IMG/VR virus record: IMGVR_UViG_3300008120_009089
Reading direction: 5' to 3' (one strand)
DNA: 64,000 nt
Origin: an uncultured virus (IMG/VR IMGVR_UViG_3300008120_009089)
Taxonomy: Duplodnaviria; Heunggongvirae; Uroviricota; Caudoviricetes
Shown: positions 30,601-40,386 of the stretch, in pieces
How the letters are laid out: each line of letters opens with the position of its first letter
How positions within the stretch are numbered: the first letter of the stretch is position 1
Position numbers and translations under genes: made by a program
The notes under the pieces: model-generated
What the model saw: the letters and a program-made list of their open reading frames with translations, nothing else
Databases searched by the model: none
Told to the model about the DNA's origin: nothing

Positions 30601-33600
30601 CTATTACTAATTTCCAATCACCCTTTGCATTACCTTCTATTAACAAATCATTAAAATCAACTGTTGTACTAACATAAGAATAAGAACCAGCACTTAAACC
30701 CATATTCATTTTAATTACATCCGTATAAGGAGATGAAAAAGTTCCTAATGTACCAGCTGTTGATTTAGTTGTAAATGTTGTGTTACTAAATGTGAAACCA
30801 CTAATTGATTGTGATGCTCCATTCATAACATTTAATATTTCACCACTTGGACCAATTAGGTTTATTTTCAAATCAGATGGTCTTAAATGATATAAGTTGA
30901 AATTAACTCTAATCTCAGTTGGATAAACATTTGAATTACAATTAAGTGTTTGTGGGACAGAGCTTGTTCCATCTGGAATACCATAATATAAAAAGTCTGA
31001 TGAGTTAAATTCTAAATAATCATTATCAGAATTTACATGAATTTCTGTTGCTAAATTATAATAAGATGTGTAGTTATTAAATTTAGGATCAATTTTTAAG
31101 TAACCATCTCCATAATCACTCATTTTATATCCTATTCCAAGCGGATGTGAATTAAAATTAGTGATTAAGTCATCTGAGTTATAAAATTTATTTAAATTCT
31201 TTAATACAATAGATGATGTTGATGTTTTTAGATTTTTTATTATATCTCCACTAAAATCCGAAAACATGTAAATATACTTATTACTATTGGTGAAATTTTC
31301 AATTCTATTAACTATGAAATTTCCTTCAACAACACCAGATTCAATTCTTAAAACATCACCTAAATCAACATCAAAAGATTTATTATTACTAACTGCTGAT
31401 GTACTATTTGTAACACCTAAAACCATCAAGTAATCTTTTAAATATAGTGTGAAATTAGATCCACCTACTGATGATATAGAAGCACCGATGTGTTTATATC
31501 TAGAACTTTGTGTACCAGTATAATTAAATGATGGTGCTAATTTTAACAAATCAACTGTGTTTGTATTCACAAAACTGACAGTAGCCACCGTAAATTGAGT
31601 AGTTCCTGAAAATGTTTTTGATATTAAAACTTTTGATGAGTTAGAAAGAGGATTAACAGAGTAATACTCAAATGTCTTTTCTCTATCACACCAATAGTCA
31701 TACCAAGTTACTTCCGACTGCGTCATGAAACTTGGGGCAGTAGCTCCATAAACTAAATTATTAAATGTTAATTCTGTACTTTCCGAAAAAACATTTTGTT
31801 TTATAATTGTTGAATTTGGTAATCTATAATTTCCTTCATCAGTAAAGAAATTTAATTTACTACCCATATCATAATCTATAAATAATAGCTTTGATTTTAA
31901 TTTTGAGAAAAAAGTCGAGTCTAAATCAACAAAATCATATGATGATGAATGTGTAGATGATTTAACAAGAGTATAATTTCCACTTATTAACAAATATTCA
32001 CCTCTATAATCATATAAACTATTTGCGTATAAACTTGATATTTTCGAAGGTGCTGTTGCTGATATTATTGTATTTGAATATGTATTACCAACACCATAGT
32101 ATTTAAAATCACTAATATCAAATTTATAGATACCATCATCATTACTAAAAAAGAAATTATTAGTACCTTTTTGTTGTGTAATATTTTTTATATCACCATA
32201 ATTTTTATCAAAATCAAAATATATAAAGTCACTATCTATAAAATTATTCTCATTATATGCAATTATTTTACCACCATCAACAGCCATAAAAACTAAATCC
32301 TTTGGTGATGAAATTGATTGTGTATAGTATGAGTAACTTAATCCCCAACCACTTATTGATGTTTTCCATAAATCATTTATGTGATCTACTAAAACATACT
32401 CATCTTCATCATCTATTTGTCTAGATACTCTTCTCTTCCTAGCACTCCAACCATTTATATCTTCTGAGATTTCTAAAAATACACCACTCTTACCACCAAT
32501 ATAAAATTTAGTATCAGTCACAAAAATAACCTTATTATAATTGTATTCTCTAAAACTTGTAAAATCTAATAACTGCCATTTTTCACCACCATCATTAGTT
32601 ATATAAATAGTATTGTAATCACCTACGATAACACCTCTCAAATTATTAACAAATGATATTGATCTTAAATTTGTATAGGTATCTAATTTTATATTTTTTA
32701 TTTCGAAATCATGTTTACCTATTCTTAATAAAGTTGTATTATCACCACAAATCCAGTAATAGTTTTCAGTACTTGTTATACTTCTTAAATTATCTTTATA
32801 TTTACAAGGTATTATATTTGAATAACCATCTTGAGTATTAACTATTGTACCAAATTCACCAACTGCAATTGTTCTTTCCGGTATACTGTAAGTTACACCA
32901 CTTATATAAATAGATTGAGTGCCATGTCTAAAAATATCATAATAGTTAGTTTCAAATAAGTTATTATAATCTACTCTGTTTCTTAATAACCAATTATGTT
33001 TTTCAACGAATTCCATTGGCTCATTTCTGAATGATGTTGGATAAAACCCGTTTAATAATCTTCTAACACTAAACTGTTTATTTTGATTTGTTGTACCCAT
33101 TTTAACATAAACGCTTAATCTAGAACATTTTTCATAGTCATCCAAGTCATTTAACTTAACTAATTTTCTATTCCTAAATTCATATAAGCCGTTCTCATTA
33201 CTATAATATTGATATTCTATATCTAAACCTTCCTCATTAACTATTGTGTAAGGTCCTTTAAAATATTCATCTGGATTAACAGATATATCTAATATCTCAA
33301 ATGTTACTTGGTCTTTAACTAAAACTTTGTGGCCATCTTTTAACTTAATATCATCTATATAATAGTTATCCAACTCTAATGTTAAATCAATTTGTTGTGT
33401 AGTAGCTACATCAACTTGAATATAATTAGCTAAAATATCTTTCATCAACCTTTCCGGTGTAAAAAGATTTTTTAAAGTAAGACTATATTCTTTTAAGTTT
33501 TTTGTGTAAAAATCATATTGAGAGTTTGTATCAATTGGAGTTGGAAATTTTGTCGGTTGTGGTGTATAAGCAAAATTAGAACTTAATGTACTAACAAACC

Positions 33601-33796
33601 AGTTTCTTGGTTTCCAAGCATTAATAACATCATATAAATTATTCACATCATCAATCGCAACATAAGCTGAACCACTTAGGGCTTTTGAATAAAACCTAGT
33701 AGCAACCAACTCTTGTTTATAAAAATCAAAATCTTCTTTTAATAAAGAATCTGTTTTTGTAAACCATTTACCATAATCACTATTGTATTTCCACAT
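27653..33796 (-). CDS. Giant tail-fibre/receptor-binding-like protein (2047 aa)
   Basis: VDVATT..ID...LKDGHKVLVKDQ...ENGLY fibre motif; BNR/Ycf48-like propeller (VGDYNTIYITNDGGEKW); two P-domains; long WxxGx pentapeptide run. Confidence 0.7.
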   Translation of the reverse strand: MWKYNSDYGKWFTKTDSLLKEDFDFYKQELVATRFYSKALSGSAYVAIDDVNNLYDVINAWKPRNWFVSTLSSNFAYTPQPTKFPTPIDTNSQYDFYTKNLKEYSLTLKNLFTPERLMKDILANYIQVDVATTQQIDLTLELDNYYIDDIKLKDGHKVLVKDQVTFEILDISVNPDEYFKGPYTIVNEEGLDIEYQYYSNENGLYEFRNRKLVKLNDLDDYEKCSRLSVYVKMGTTNQNKQFSVRRLLNGFYPTSFRNEPMEFVEKHNWLLRNRVDYNNLFETNYYDIFRHGTQSIYISGVTYSIPERTIAVGEFGTIVNTQDGYSNIIPCKYKDNLRSITSTENYYWICGDNTTLLRIGKHDFEIKNIKLDTYTNLRSISFVNNLRGVIVGDYNTIYITNDGGEKWQLLDFTSFREYNYNKVIFVTDTKFYIGGKSGVFLEISEDINGWSARKRRVSRQIDDEDEYVLVDHINDLWKTSISGWGLSYSYYTQSISSPKDLVFMAVDGGKIIAYNENNFIDSDFIYFDFDKNYGDIKNITQQKGTNNFFFSNDDGIYKFDISDFKYYGVGNTYSNTIISATAPSKISSLYANSLYDYRGEYLLISGNYTLVKSSTHSSSYDFVDLDSTFFSKLKSKLLFIDYDMGSKLNFFTDEGNYRLPNSTIIKQNVFSESTELTFNNLVYGATAPSFMTQSEVTWYDYWCDREKTFEYYSVNPLSNSSKVLISKTFSGTTQFTVATVSFVNTNTVDLLKLAPSFNYTGTQSSRYKHIGASISSVGGSNFTLYLKDYLMVLGVTNSTSAVSNNKSFDVDLGDVLRIESGVVEGNFIVNRIENFTNSNKYIYMFSDFSGDIIKNLKTSTSSIVLKNLNKFYNSDDLITNFNSHPLGIGYKMSDYGDGYLKIDPKFNNYTSYYNLATEIHVNSDNDYLEFNSSDFLYYGIPDGTSSVPQTLNCNSNVYPTEIRVNFNLYHLRPSDLKINLIGPSGEILNVMNGASQSISGFTFSNTTFTTKSTAGTLGTFSSPYTDVIKMNMGLSAGSYSYVSTTVDFNDLLIEGNAKGDWKLVIEDSVSSYIGYLKNWSILFKGEIKEPLIYTDGFLKFGYTPRYNLLDYMTSINKTNYVNPTFYATKEYLTMPIYNDLEFGSLTASNVYLDSAGLTASEGNYSYKDNKIYFGDNLKLEWESIFINTFIDLTIYQPLANLSTGGTFSSERLLVTNKYYDSIKSGYVIEFHRNVNFELNTAIGGSKLNITSRRTLEQISDDLQELNNIQRRLSKQTEIHSGQTYDNYERELNFKISTDSYAKILLSDVDTYQNLTGLIYTDYKNELAMNLTRMEKDYKISINNTANVNGKLYVRCNEKHELGNGDGVILEFIGGTYSSEYLNQQYFGYHIVTQVYNEYDFLTEVDYGQNVYLGNDIGYVKYVKKDPFFNYEPVDLIDVSLNKRAKQSIQLDTDNTKIEGSTYSLVNVDYNRYRFRLVDNLTFDDLHTKYPWVLEAEISDALIGEDENGIVWYKGIWEFGRWFGGTWYSGQWRYGDWYEGNWYSRNVRDLKLSVKVDEVDDFTKSVWFTGRWYDGTWNDGTWRAGRWYDGTWNKGSWYNGIWNDGTWNNGSFIGGIWVEGTWNSGNFNTDNEPAYWIDGDWYGGDFENGIWYNGIFEQRNGLSRFGTNAYNSRTATWNGGTFKGGSFYSNLKLLSNASETNKYSIWKTGKFLNGDWYGGIAYNMEFTSGVWHGGILEDIEIIGLNETNNSFILNGIFRFNIGDVIYVTDKFNNSGLSTYGSLSEPKKYTILRCVLDEVNKITEIYIDYNISLSDYIGIFKSDVKDGTMVNSIYGNSSISTGYSGSIVEYFYTDEIEDKINNVRVKINLETNPGLTQSLSYLMINLKAPNGNVINVKKLGVGDTDIYLKNTVFTGTQSTEFSLGSPLYDGVYEFSGATGATGVGDYLVTTNNVEDLFKNTTKGYWEVFIKSFDGLDVKVNDLRLEFCYSDKIGAQLNNPITNGFDTGLRIVSKFTNANWKSGIWTNGIYESGLYETGIWYDGIFKGTWG

Positions 33797-33797
33797 A

Positions 33798-34013
33798 TTA
33801 CTTTTTTACTTTTAATTCCCAAGTAGCAGTCTTACTATCTACCTTTATTATACTTTTTATGATAGTTACTTTCGATTTTTTCATAACCAATTTAACATCA
33901 TCAACAAAATCTTCATAACTATAAATATCACTTACATATTCAGATAAATTTATTATATAGATTGTTTCATCTGAAAAAATCAAATCATAAATTAAATCAT
34001 CTTTTGTTTTCAT
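33798..34013 (-). CDS. Small late hypothetical protein
   Basis: 71 aa, late motif upstream. Confidence 0.55.
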   Translation of the reverse strand: MKTKDDLIYDLIFSDETIYIINLSEYVSDIYSYEDFVDDVKLVMKKSKVTIIKSIIKVDSKTATWELKVKK

Positions 34014-34114
34014 ATCAAAAAAATATTTTTATTATATATTAAAAACTTTTAAGTCCTCTAAATTTATAATGGGTAAATAGGGAGTAATAATATATACAAA
34101 AAACTATTTTACAA

Positions 34115-35980
34115 ATGGCTAAACGAGATTTAAAATCAGAAATCGACGAAGGGATTCAAGATTATGAACACAGAAAAACATCAAGAAAGAAAAATTCATT
34201 ATCTAAAGATGAATTTAATAAATCAAATGTTCAGTTAACTCCTAAACAACATGATCTCTATAAGGGTATTAGAAATAATATTCTAAGTGTAGTTCATGGA
34301 CCAGCTGGTACCAGTAAAACATTCACAACTTGTTATACAGCTTTAGCTTTATTAGCTGATAAGAAAGTTGAAAAAATTATTATTACTAAACCAGTTCAAG
34401 AATCCGGTGAGAATTTAGGTTCTTTACCTGGAACTATAGCTGAAAAAATTGATCCTTATAAACAATCTTATTATACAACGTTTTGTAAAATAATTGGGAA
34501 ACAAAATACGGATTTTCTTTTTTCAACTGAAGAGATAAAATTTGAGCCACTTGCTTACATGAGAGGTTCTACTTATGATAATTGTATAATGTTACTTGAC
34601 GAATGTTTTACTGGTGACTCAAGAGTAGTTACAAACCATAAAAAAAGAGGATCTTTTAATTACCTTAGAATGAAAGAAATTGTTAATTATTTCAAAATGG
34701 GTAAAGAAATTTATGTATCCAGTTGGGATGAAAATAAAAAAATAGTTGAAAATAAAAAAGTAACGGGAGTTTTTGAAAATGGAATTAAAGATATTGTTAA
34801 AATATCGGTTAAAGATAGAGTTAAACCATTAAAAACAACAATAAATCATCCATTTTCCGTATTCAGAGATGGTGAAATTAAATGGGAAGAGGTTAAAAAC
34901 TTAACCATTGGTGATAGAATATGTAGATATAAGAATACCGGAACGAATGATTCAACTATATTAACTAATGACTCTTATGATATAATATTAGGTATGTGCT
35001 TGGGTGACTCATCATTATTACCAAATAAACAATTAAAAAAATCATATAGAATTTCGACAAACCATTCTATAAAACAAATTGAATATATGGAATTTAAAAA
35101 AAGTATATTTGAAAATATATCATCATATAGAAATTCATTGAAGTCTGGATATACAGGTGAACCACAATGTGGGTTTCAAACTAAATCAATTAATATATCT
35201 GAAAATTTTTATAATTCACTATATAAAGACTCGAAAAAAACAATTAGTAATGATATTGAGAGATGGTTTACATTAAGAACATTATCCATATGGTATATGG
35301 ATGATGGATCGGTTTCAAAATCAAATGGTTGTGTTACATTTTCTACCAATTCAATGAGTTTCACAGAGGTCCAAATATTATCAAATATAATTAAAAATAA
35401 ATTTGGATTAGAAGGTAGTGTTTATAAGACATCTAAAGGTAATATTTTAGTACTAAATAAAATAAACTCATTGAAAATGTTTAATTTGACTTCTAAATAT
35501 ATACATCCCTCAATGTTATATAAACTAAATAATAGTTTAGAAAGTAATTTTGATAGAAATTTATACAATATAACATATAATGAAAATTTATCAGTAGTCG
35601 ATATTGTAGATATACAAAATTCAGAACCTGAAATTGTATATAATATAGAGGTTGATGGTAACCATAATTATTTTGTTGAAAATATATTAGTTCATAATTG
35701 TCAAAATGCAAATATTAAACAACTTATGTTATGGGTTACTCGTTTGGGTAATGATTCAAAAGCTGTTATGATGGGAGATACATCACAATATGATGTGAGA
35801 AGAAGAGATTCTGGTTATGTAGATTTTATTAAAATGGTTAATGGAATGGATGATCTTTTTATGTTTGAATTTGAAAATCAAGATATTGTTAGAAATAAAT
35901 TCCTAGTTGAAATAGCAAACAGATATGATAAATATCGTTTTGAAGAAGAAGAGAAATATAAAAATAATAAAAGAGATTAA
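34115..35980 (+). CDS. phoH: PhoH-family ATPase containing an intein
   Basis: GPAGTSKT, GENLGSLPG, LAYMRG, LLDE/CQN, TRLG, GDTSQYD, DIVRN. Confidence 0.93.
   Translation: MAKRDLKSEIDEGIQDYEHRKTSRKKNSLSKDEFNKSNVQLTPKQHDLYKGIRNNILSVVHGPAGTSKTFTTCYTALALLADKKVEKIIITKPVQESGENLGSLPGTIAEKIDPYKQSYYTTFCKIIGKQNTDFLFSTEEIKFEPLAYMRGSTYDNCIMLLDECFTGDSRVVTNHKKRGSFNYLRMKEIVNYFKMGKEIYVSSWDENKKIVENKKVTGVFENGIKDIVKISVKDRVKPLKTTINHPFSVFRDGEIKWEEVKNLTIGDRICRYKNTGTNDSTILTNDSYDIILGMCLGDSSLLPNKQLKKSYRISTNHSIKQIEYMEFKKSIFENISSYRNSLKSGYTGEPQCGFQTKSINISENFYNSLYKDSKKTISNDIERWFTLRTLSIWYMDDGSVSKSNGCVTFSTNSMSFTEVQILSNIIKNKFGLEGSVYKTSKGNILVLNKINSLKMFNLTSKYIHPSMLYKLNNSLESNFDRNLYNITYNENLSVVDIVDIQNSEPEIVYNIEVDGNHNYFVENILVHNCQNANIKQLMLWVTRLGNDSKAVMMGDTSQYDVRRRDSGYVDFIKMVNGMDDLFMFEFENQDIVRNKFLVEIANRYDKYRFEEEEKYKNNKRD
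34604..35698 (+). mobile_element. Contiguous intein (365 aa) with LAGLIDADG endonuclease
   Basis: CFTGDS start, TINHPF block B, ILGMCLGDS and IWYMDDG motifs, VYNIEVDGNHNYFVENILVHN/C end. Confidence 0.93.
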
Positions 35981-35982
35981 AT

Positions 35983-36012
35983 AAAAAAACCAGTCATTTG
36001 ACTGGTTTTTTT
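35983..36012. terminator. Bidirectional rho-independent terminator
   Basis: A7-CCAGTC-attt-GACTGG-T7. Confidence 0.85.
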
Positions 36013-36013
36013 A

Positions 36014-37279
36014 TTATAGACCATCAAATGGATCTAAAGGATCTAACTCAATTCTACCATTCTCTCTATTCTCTCTATTTGAAGATTCAATTTCATCGAA
36101 AAGTTCCATTATCACCAGACCATCAACACCATTGACACCGGATGTACCGGATGTACCGGAGACACCATTGACACCTGATGGACCTACATCTTCTAAAGAA
36201 ATACCTCTTCCTCTACGAATCCTCTCAGTAACACGAAGAGGTCTTGGAATCTCACGAGGTTCTTCACGAACTAGTCTTGGATTTTCATCTTCAATTGGAA
36301 TTTCACTCCAATTAAAAGCATCATTATCAAATGTGAATGTCATATCATCATCACTAATATCCTCATCTTCTGGTAAGAAACCTCTACTCGACGTTAGAAT
36401 ATAGTCAAAGTATTTTAAATCATTATTTGAGAATCTTCCTTCTTTAACATTATAAAACTTAAATGTATCTAAATAAGGATAAGTTTCAAAATTTGATTTT
36501 TCCAATTTAATAGAAAGATTTAATCTCTTCTTTTTACCATCAACAAGGAAGTATAACTCAGATTTAGCATCCTGTCTCCATTTATAAATGTAACCATTTT
36601 CATCAGCCCATTTTTTAAGGATATCAACTTGATGATCAAAGAATGAATAAACTCTATCCATTACTTTCCATTCTGTTCCATTTTCATCAAAAACTTCACT
36701 CTCCCAAAGTATAGCACGTGCTTTAACCTTTTCTTCATCATCAAAAAGAACCAACATCTTGATATTTGGATTTACTGTATAGAGTTCCATAAATGAATTT
36801 CTTTCACTTTGTCTCATACAAGAGTTCCAAAGAGTACCATTTATATAACCATTATCTCTGTAATAGTTATCTTCTAAGTAATACTTTTGAATATCTTTAC
36901 CCTCAACCACTTTAAGATTTTTACCATCTTCTGAAAAATATGATTTATAAGCATTTACAAATTTTTCAATCTCAGCATCATTAATTTTAAATTCACTCAA
37001 TGAAAACTCAGTATAGAATTTTTTAATAAATCTACCAATCTTTATTTTAACTCTACTTCTACTCTCAAATGGATTTTCATCTTTATCCATTTTAGATTTT
37101 GGTAAATATGAAATAGTATCATACTCACCTTCTACGGTTGAGATATAATTACCCTCATCTTTTAAGTGAGTACCAATAGCACCACTCGACATAATCTGTG
37201 ATATTATAAATCTATTGTTAGCAAATCGTAAAAAATCTAACAATCTATCTTCTAAAATCAAATTTGTAAGTCTTAACAT
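36014..37279 (-). CDS. Phage hypothetical protein (SCM-motif type) with low-complexity tail
   Basis: GTLWNSCMR, ARAILW, MDRVY, YPYLDTF; GVSGTSGTSG repeat in the tail. Confidence 0.6.
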   Translation of the reverse strand: MLRLTNLILEDRLLDFLRFANNRFIISQIMSSGAIGTHLKDEGNYISTVEGEYDTISYLPKSKMDKDENPFESRSRVKIKIGRFIKKFYTEFSLSEFKINDAEIEKFVNAYKSYFSEDGKNLKVVEGKDIQKYYLEDNYYRDNGYINGTLWNSCMRQSERNSFMELYTVNPNIKMLVLFDDEEKVKARAILWESEVFDENGTEWKVMDRVYSFFDHQVDILKKWADENGYIYKWRQDAKSELYFLVDGKKKRLNLSIKLEKSNFETYPYLDTFKFYNVKEGRFSNNDLKYFDYILTSSRGFLPEDEDISDDDMTFTFDNDAFNWSEIPIEDENPRLVREEPREIPRPLRVTERIRRGRGISLEDVGPSGVNGVSGTSGTSGVNGVDGLVIMELFDEIESSNRENRENGRIELDPLDPFDGL

Positions 37280-37293
37280 TTAATATATAGTTT

Positions 37294-37551
37294 ATGAAAT
37301 TTATACTCGAATACAAAAAGTGGAAGCCTACTTATGAAGTAGGTGACATAGTATTAGTGGAATACTGGTACTTAAATGAAGATGATTGCTCACAATATTT
37401 AAATAAAGAATTACCACTAACACCAGTCAAAATCACTGAAAAGTTATCTAAAGTTTCTTTTAAAGTTACACATAATATTCCTAATTCCAAAATTAAAAAC
37501 GCTCCGGATGAGGTTATAAAATCAACCGATATTATAGACTATCATCGTTAA
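37294..37551 (+). CDS. Small late protein, KOW/SH3-like
   Basis: MKFILEY leader, YEVGDIVLV; late motif upstream. Confidence 0.5.
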   Translation: MKFILEYKKWKPTYEVGDIVLVEYWYLNEDDCSQYLNKELPLTPVKITEKLSKVSFKVTHNIPNSKIKNAPDEVIKSTDIIDYHR

Positions 37552-38746
37552 TATATTCTACAAGATAATGATAGAATTGTTTATCATTTTCATTATCCAT
37601 ATCTAAATATTGACCTTTGATAATAGCCAATTCCTCAACAGTTAACTTACCAGTAAATTTGCCTAAAATCCAACCGTAGTGAGATTTTGGTTTAGTAATA
37701 TCAACTAGACCACTTCCGTTATCAAAGTACTCTTTTCCATTATTTTTTTGTAATGTTGTTGATCCAACCCAATTAGGACAAAATCCATCTTCATCGAAAA
37801 CTAAATTATCATCCCCATAATCATCGTGGTGATTATCATACCAATCATCATGGTAACCATAATCTTTTCTTTTATTTTTATTCTTTTTCTTTTTATTTCT
37901 TCTAGAATATCCATAATCAACTCCGTGATAAGAGTCATGTGTACTATAAGATGATTTACTTGAACCATATGTCTTATAGTCAGAAACTTTTGGATCTCTT
38001 TTTGTTGGTAAGTTCTCCCAATCAATTTTTAAACAAGCTTTAGCCAGTCTTTCTAAGTGATTTATATCTTGACTTTCGGTTACAGTGTGTTCTTTGTAAT
38101 AACCAACTGAAATATTTGTACATTCTGGAATAATATCAATAAACTCAGCAGAGTCAGTATAAACACCACCATCATCCTTACGATAATTCAAGTCAAATCC
38201 ACTAGCATTCAATTCTGATGCTAATTGGTCAGCAAAATCATCTGAACAACATCTTGACCAAGATTGGTGAGTGATAACAGAGAAAACATCACGTCTATCA
38301 AAAGAAATTATACGATCATATTTACCTTGAAACTCACTAATTGATTTAGCAGCCAAACCAGAACCAATACAACCAACTTCTTCACCAATAAAGAAATAGT
38401 AAAGACCTGGGATATTGTGTTTCATCATATACAACATAACAGTTGTACCCGCTTTATCATCAGCACCTAATACAGTAGAACCATCGGTTTTGATAATATC
38501 ACCATCAAAAACGTGATTTACTTTACTTGCTGTTTTTGTAGCCGTATCTAAGTGAGAAGCAAAAATAGTTCTTGATTCACCTATCTGATAGTAATAGTTA
38601 CCATGAACATCTTTTTGTAAGTCTTTTGGAAAAAGACCAATCTTCTTCATATCAGCAACTAAAGTATCTTCTAGTCCATAAGGATATGTTCTCGAAGTAA
38701 GATTTAAGAAGGTATTTAAAATAAAGTTTTCTTTTGACTTGCTCAT
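37532..38746 (-). CDS. M20/M28-family zinc peptidase
   Basis: SHLDT, GADDKAG, GEEVGCIGS, SFDR, NISVGY..EHT. Confidence 0.88.
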   Translation of the reverse strand: MSKSKENFILNTFLNLTSRTYPYGLEDTLVADMKKIGLFPKDLQKDVHGNYYYQIGESRTIFASHLDTATKTASKVNHVFDGDIIKTDGSTVLGADDKAGTTVMLYMMKHNIPGLYYFFIGEEVGCIGSGLAAKSISEFQGKYDRIISFDRRDVFSVITHQSWSRCCSDDFADQLASELNASGFDLNYRKDDGGVYTDSAEFIDIIPECTNISVGYYKEHTVTESQDINHLERLAKACLKIDWENLPTKRDPKVSDYKTYGSSKSSYSTHDSYHGVDYGYSRRNKKKKNKNKRKDYGYHDDWYDNHHDDYGDDNLVFDEDGFCPNWVGSTTLQKNNGKEYFDNGSGLVDITKPKSHYGWILGKFTGKLTVEELAIIKGQYLDMDNENDKQFYHYLVEYINDDSL

Positions 38747-38824
38747 CTTTCTTAATTTGTTTTACAAATATACAAACAATTTAGAATAATTCAAAATAAA
38801 AACATAAAAATTAATATATACATT

Positions 38825-39301
38825 ATGGTTTACAACGTAACAGGTGATTTTCAAAATGATGATGTTTTTACATTTACTACCGACTTAGGTGGTGAATATA
38901 GAATTGTTTTGAAAGATGGTGGTGAATATAGATTTGTTGAAATATCAATAGTATCATCACATAAATATAATGAAGAGACATTTTCTACATATAATACCAT
39001 TAAAACTATTTTATATAGAAGCAAATTTAATAAATTTATTTTAACTATAAATACTGGAGATATTTATTATAGAAGAAGAATATTAGAAATATACAAAAGA
39101 TGGTTAGACCAATTTGATATGGTTGTGGTTGAAAATCCACATTTACCACCAATGGGTCGAGATCATTACAATACAGTTTTAGATATAACTCAAGTTTTTT
39201 TAACTAAAAAGAAAAATATAAAAGTTAAAAAGTATTGTCCAAATTGTGGATCAGAGAATAATGATTATAAATTCTGTCCAAGTTGTGGTACAAAATTGTA
39301 A
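38825..39301 (+). CDS. Hypothetical protein with C-terminal zinc ribbon
   Basis: CPNCG...KFCPSCGTKL. Confidence 0.7.
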   Translation: MVYNVTGDFQNDDVFTFTTDLGGEYRIVLKDGGEYRFVEISIVSSHKYNEETFSTYNTIKTILYRSKFNKFILTINTGDIYYRRRILEIYKRWLDQFDMVVVENPHLPPMGRDHYNTVLDITQVFLTKKKNIKVKKYCPNCGSENNDYKFCPSCGTKL

Positions 39302-39340
39302 ACAAAGAAGATATTTAATTATATATAAACAAAGTTCTTA

Positions 39341-39401
39341 AACTTATGTCAGGTAATTCCGGGTTACCTCTGAAATTTAGAAATGAATTGAGATATAAGT
39401 T
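39341..39401 (+). ncRNA. Candidate structured 5' leader RNA (three-stem junction)
   Basis: P1 39341-50/39392-401; P2 AGGTAA/TTACCT; P3 AATTTA-GAAA-TGAATT. Confidence 0.4.
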
Positions 39402-39420
39402 AAAAAAATAAAGAATAAAA

Positions 39421-40386
39421 ATGGCAAAAATTGCAAACAACCACGTTTCTAAGCCAAGTGCTTGGGTCGTAAATTCTACTGATAGAGGTAGAAAATCTAT
39501 TAAAAACGGAAAAGTTTATCTAAAAGATTCCGAAGAATTCCAAATCGAATTATATAATCCACTTACAGACTGTGTCTTAGCTGATATTAAGTTAAATGGT
39601 AATTCAATTTCAAAAACTGGATTGGTTTTAAAACCAGGTCAAAGATTTTATCTTGATTGTTTTATTGATGATAAAAAGAAATTTATTTTTTCAACTTATG
39701 AAGTTGACGCTTCATTAGAATCGATAAACGCTACTCAAAATAACGGTAAATTAGAAGTTTTCTTTTATAAAGAATCTGTTGTTTCTATTAAAAATTGGAG
39801 AGATAGATTTAATACAGTTATAATTGAAAGATACTATCCTACATATCCAACATACCCAAACACTTGGATAACTTACGGAAGTGGAACATTAAGTGGGAAT
39901 ACAACTGGTGGTTATTACACAAATAATATTATTGGTACAAACACAAGTGGTAGTACAACAACTACTTCATATAATTCTACCAATGCAACATATACAACTG
40001 GTGTGGATTTATCAAATTGTATTGGTTCTTTATCTTCTGGTCATAAGATTAACACTTCATTTGAAACCGGTAGAGTTGAAAAGGGATCATCATCTTCACA
40101 AAAGTTCTCTGAGATTGATATGGACTTTGATACATATCATATTTCATCAACTATTTTACAATTATTACCTGAGAGTGTTAAACCAGTATCAACATCTGAT
40201 ATAAAAAAAGAACCATTGAAAAATAAAGTAAATGAAACTGAGTTGAAAAAAGAATGGGATAAAATAAAAGAGATTGATGGTATCTTAGATTTAATTAAGA
40301 AATTAGATGATTTACACAAAGCCGGTGTTTTAACCGATGAAGAGTTTTCGGAAAAGAAAAAAGAATTATTATCAAAGATATGTTAG
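39421..40386 (+). CDS. Hypothetical protein with C-terminal SHOCT domain
   Basis: IKKLDDLHKAGVLTDEEFSEKKKELL; S/T-rich linker. Confidence 0.7.
   Translation: MAKIANNHVSKPSAWVVNSTDRGRKSIKNGKVYLKDSEEFQIELYNPLTDCVLADIKLNGNSISKTGLVLKPGQRFYLDCFIDDKKKFIFSTYEVDASLESINATQNNGKLEVFFYKESVVSIKNWRDRFNTVIIERYYPTYPTYPNTWITYGSGTLSGNTTGGYYTNNIIGTNTSGSTTTTSYNSTNATYTTGVDLSNCIGSLSSGHKINTSFETGRVEKGSSSSQKFSEIDMDFDTYHISSTILQLLPESVKPVSTSDIKKEPLKNKVNETELKKEWDKIKEIDGILDLIKKLDDLHKAGVLTDEEFSEKKKELLSKIC

Noticed and set aside
39341..39401. Hammerhead ribozyme or c-di-GMP riboswitch
   Set aside because: CTGAAAT does not fit the CUGANGA core and the stem order does not fit either family; kept only as an unknown structure.
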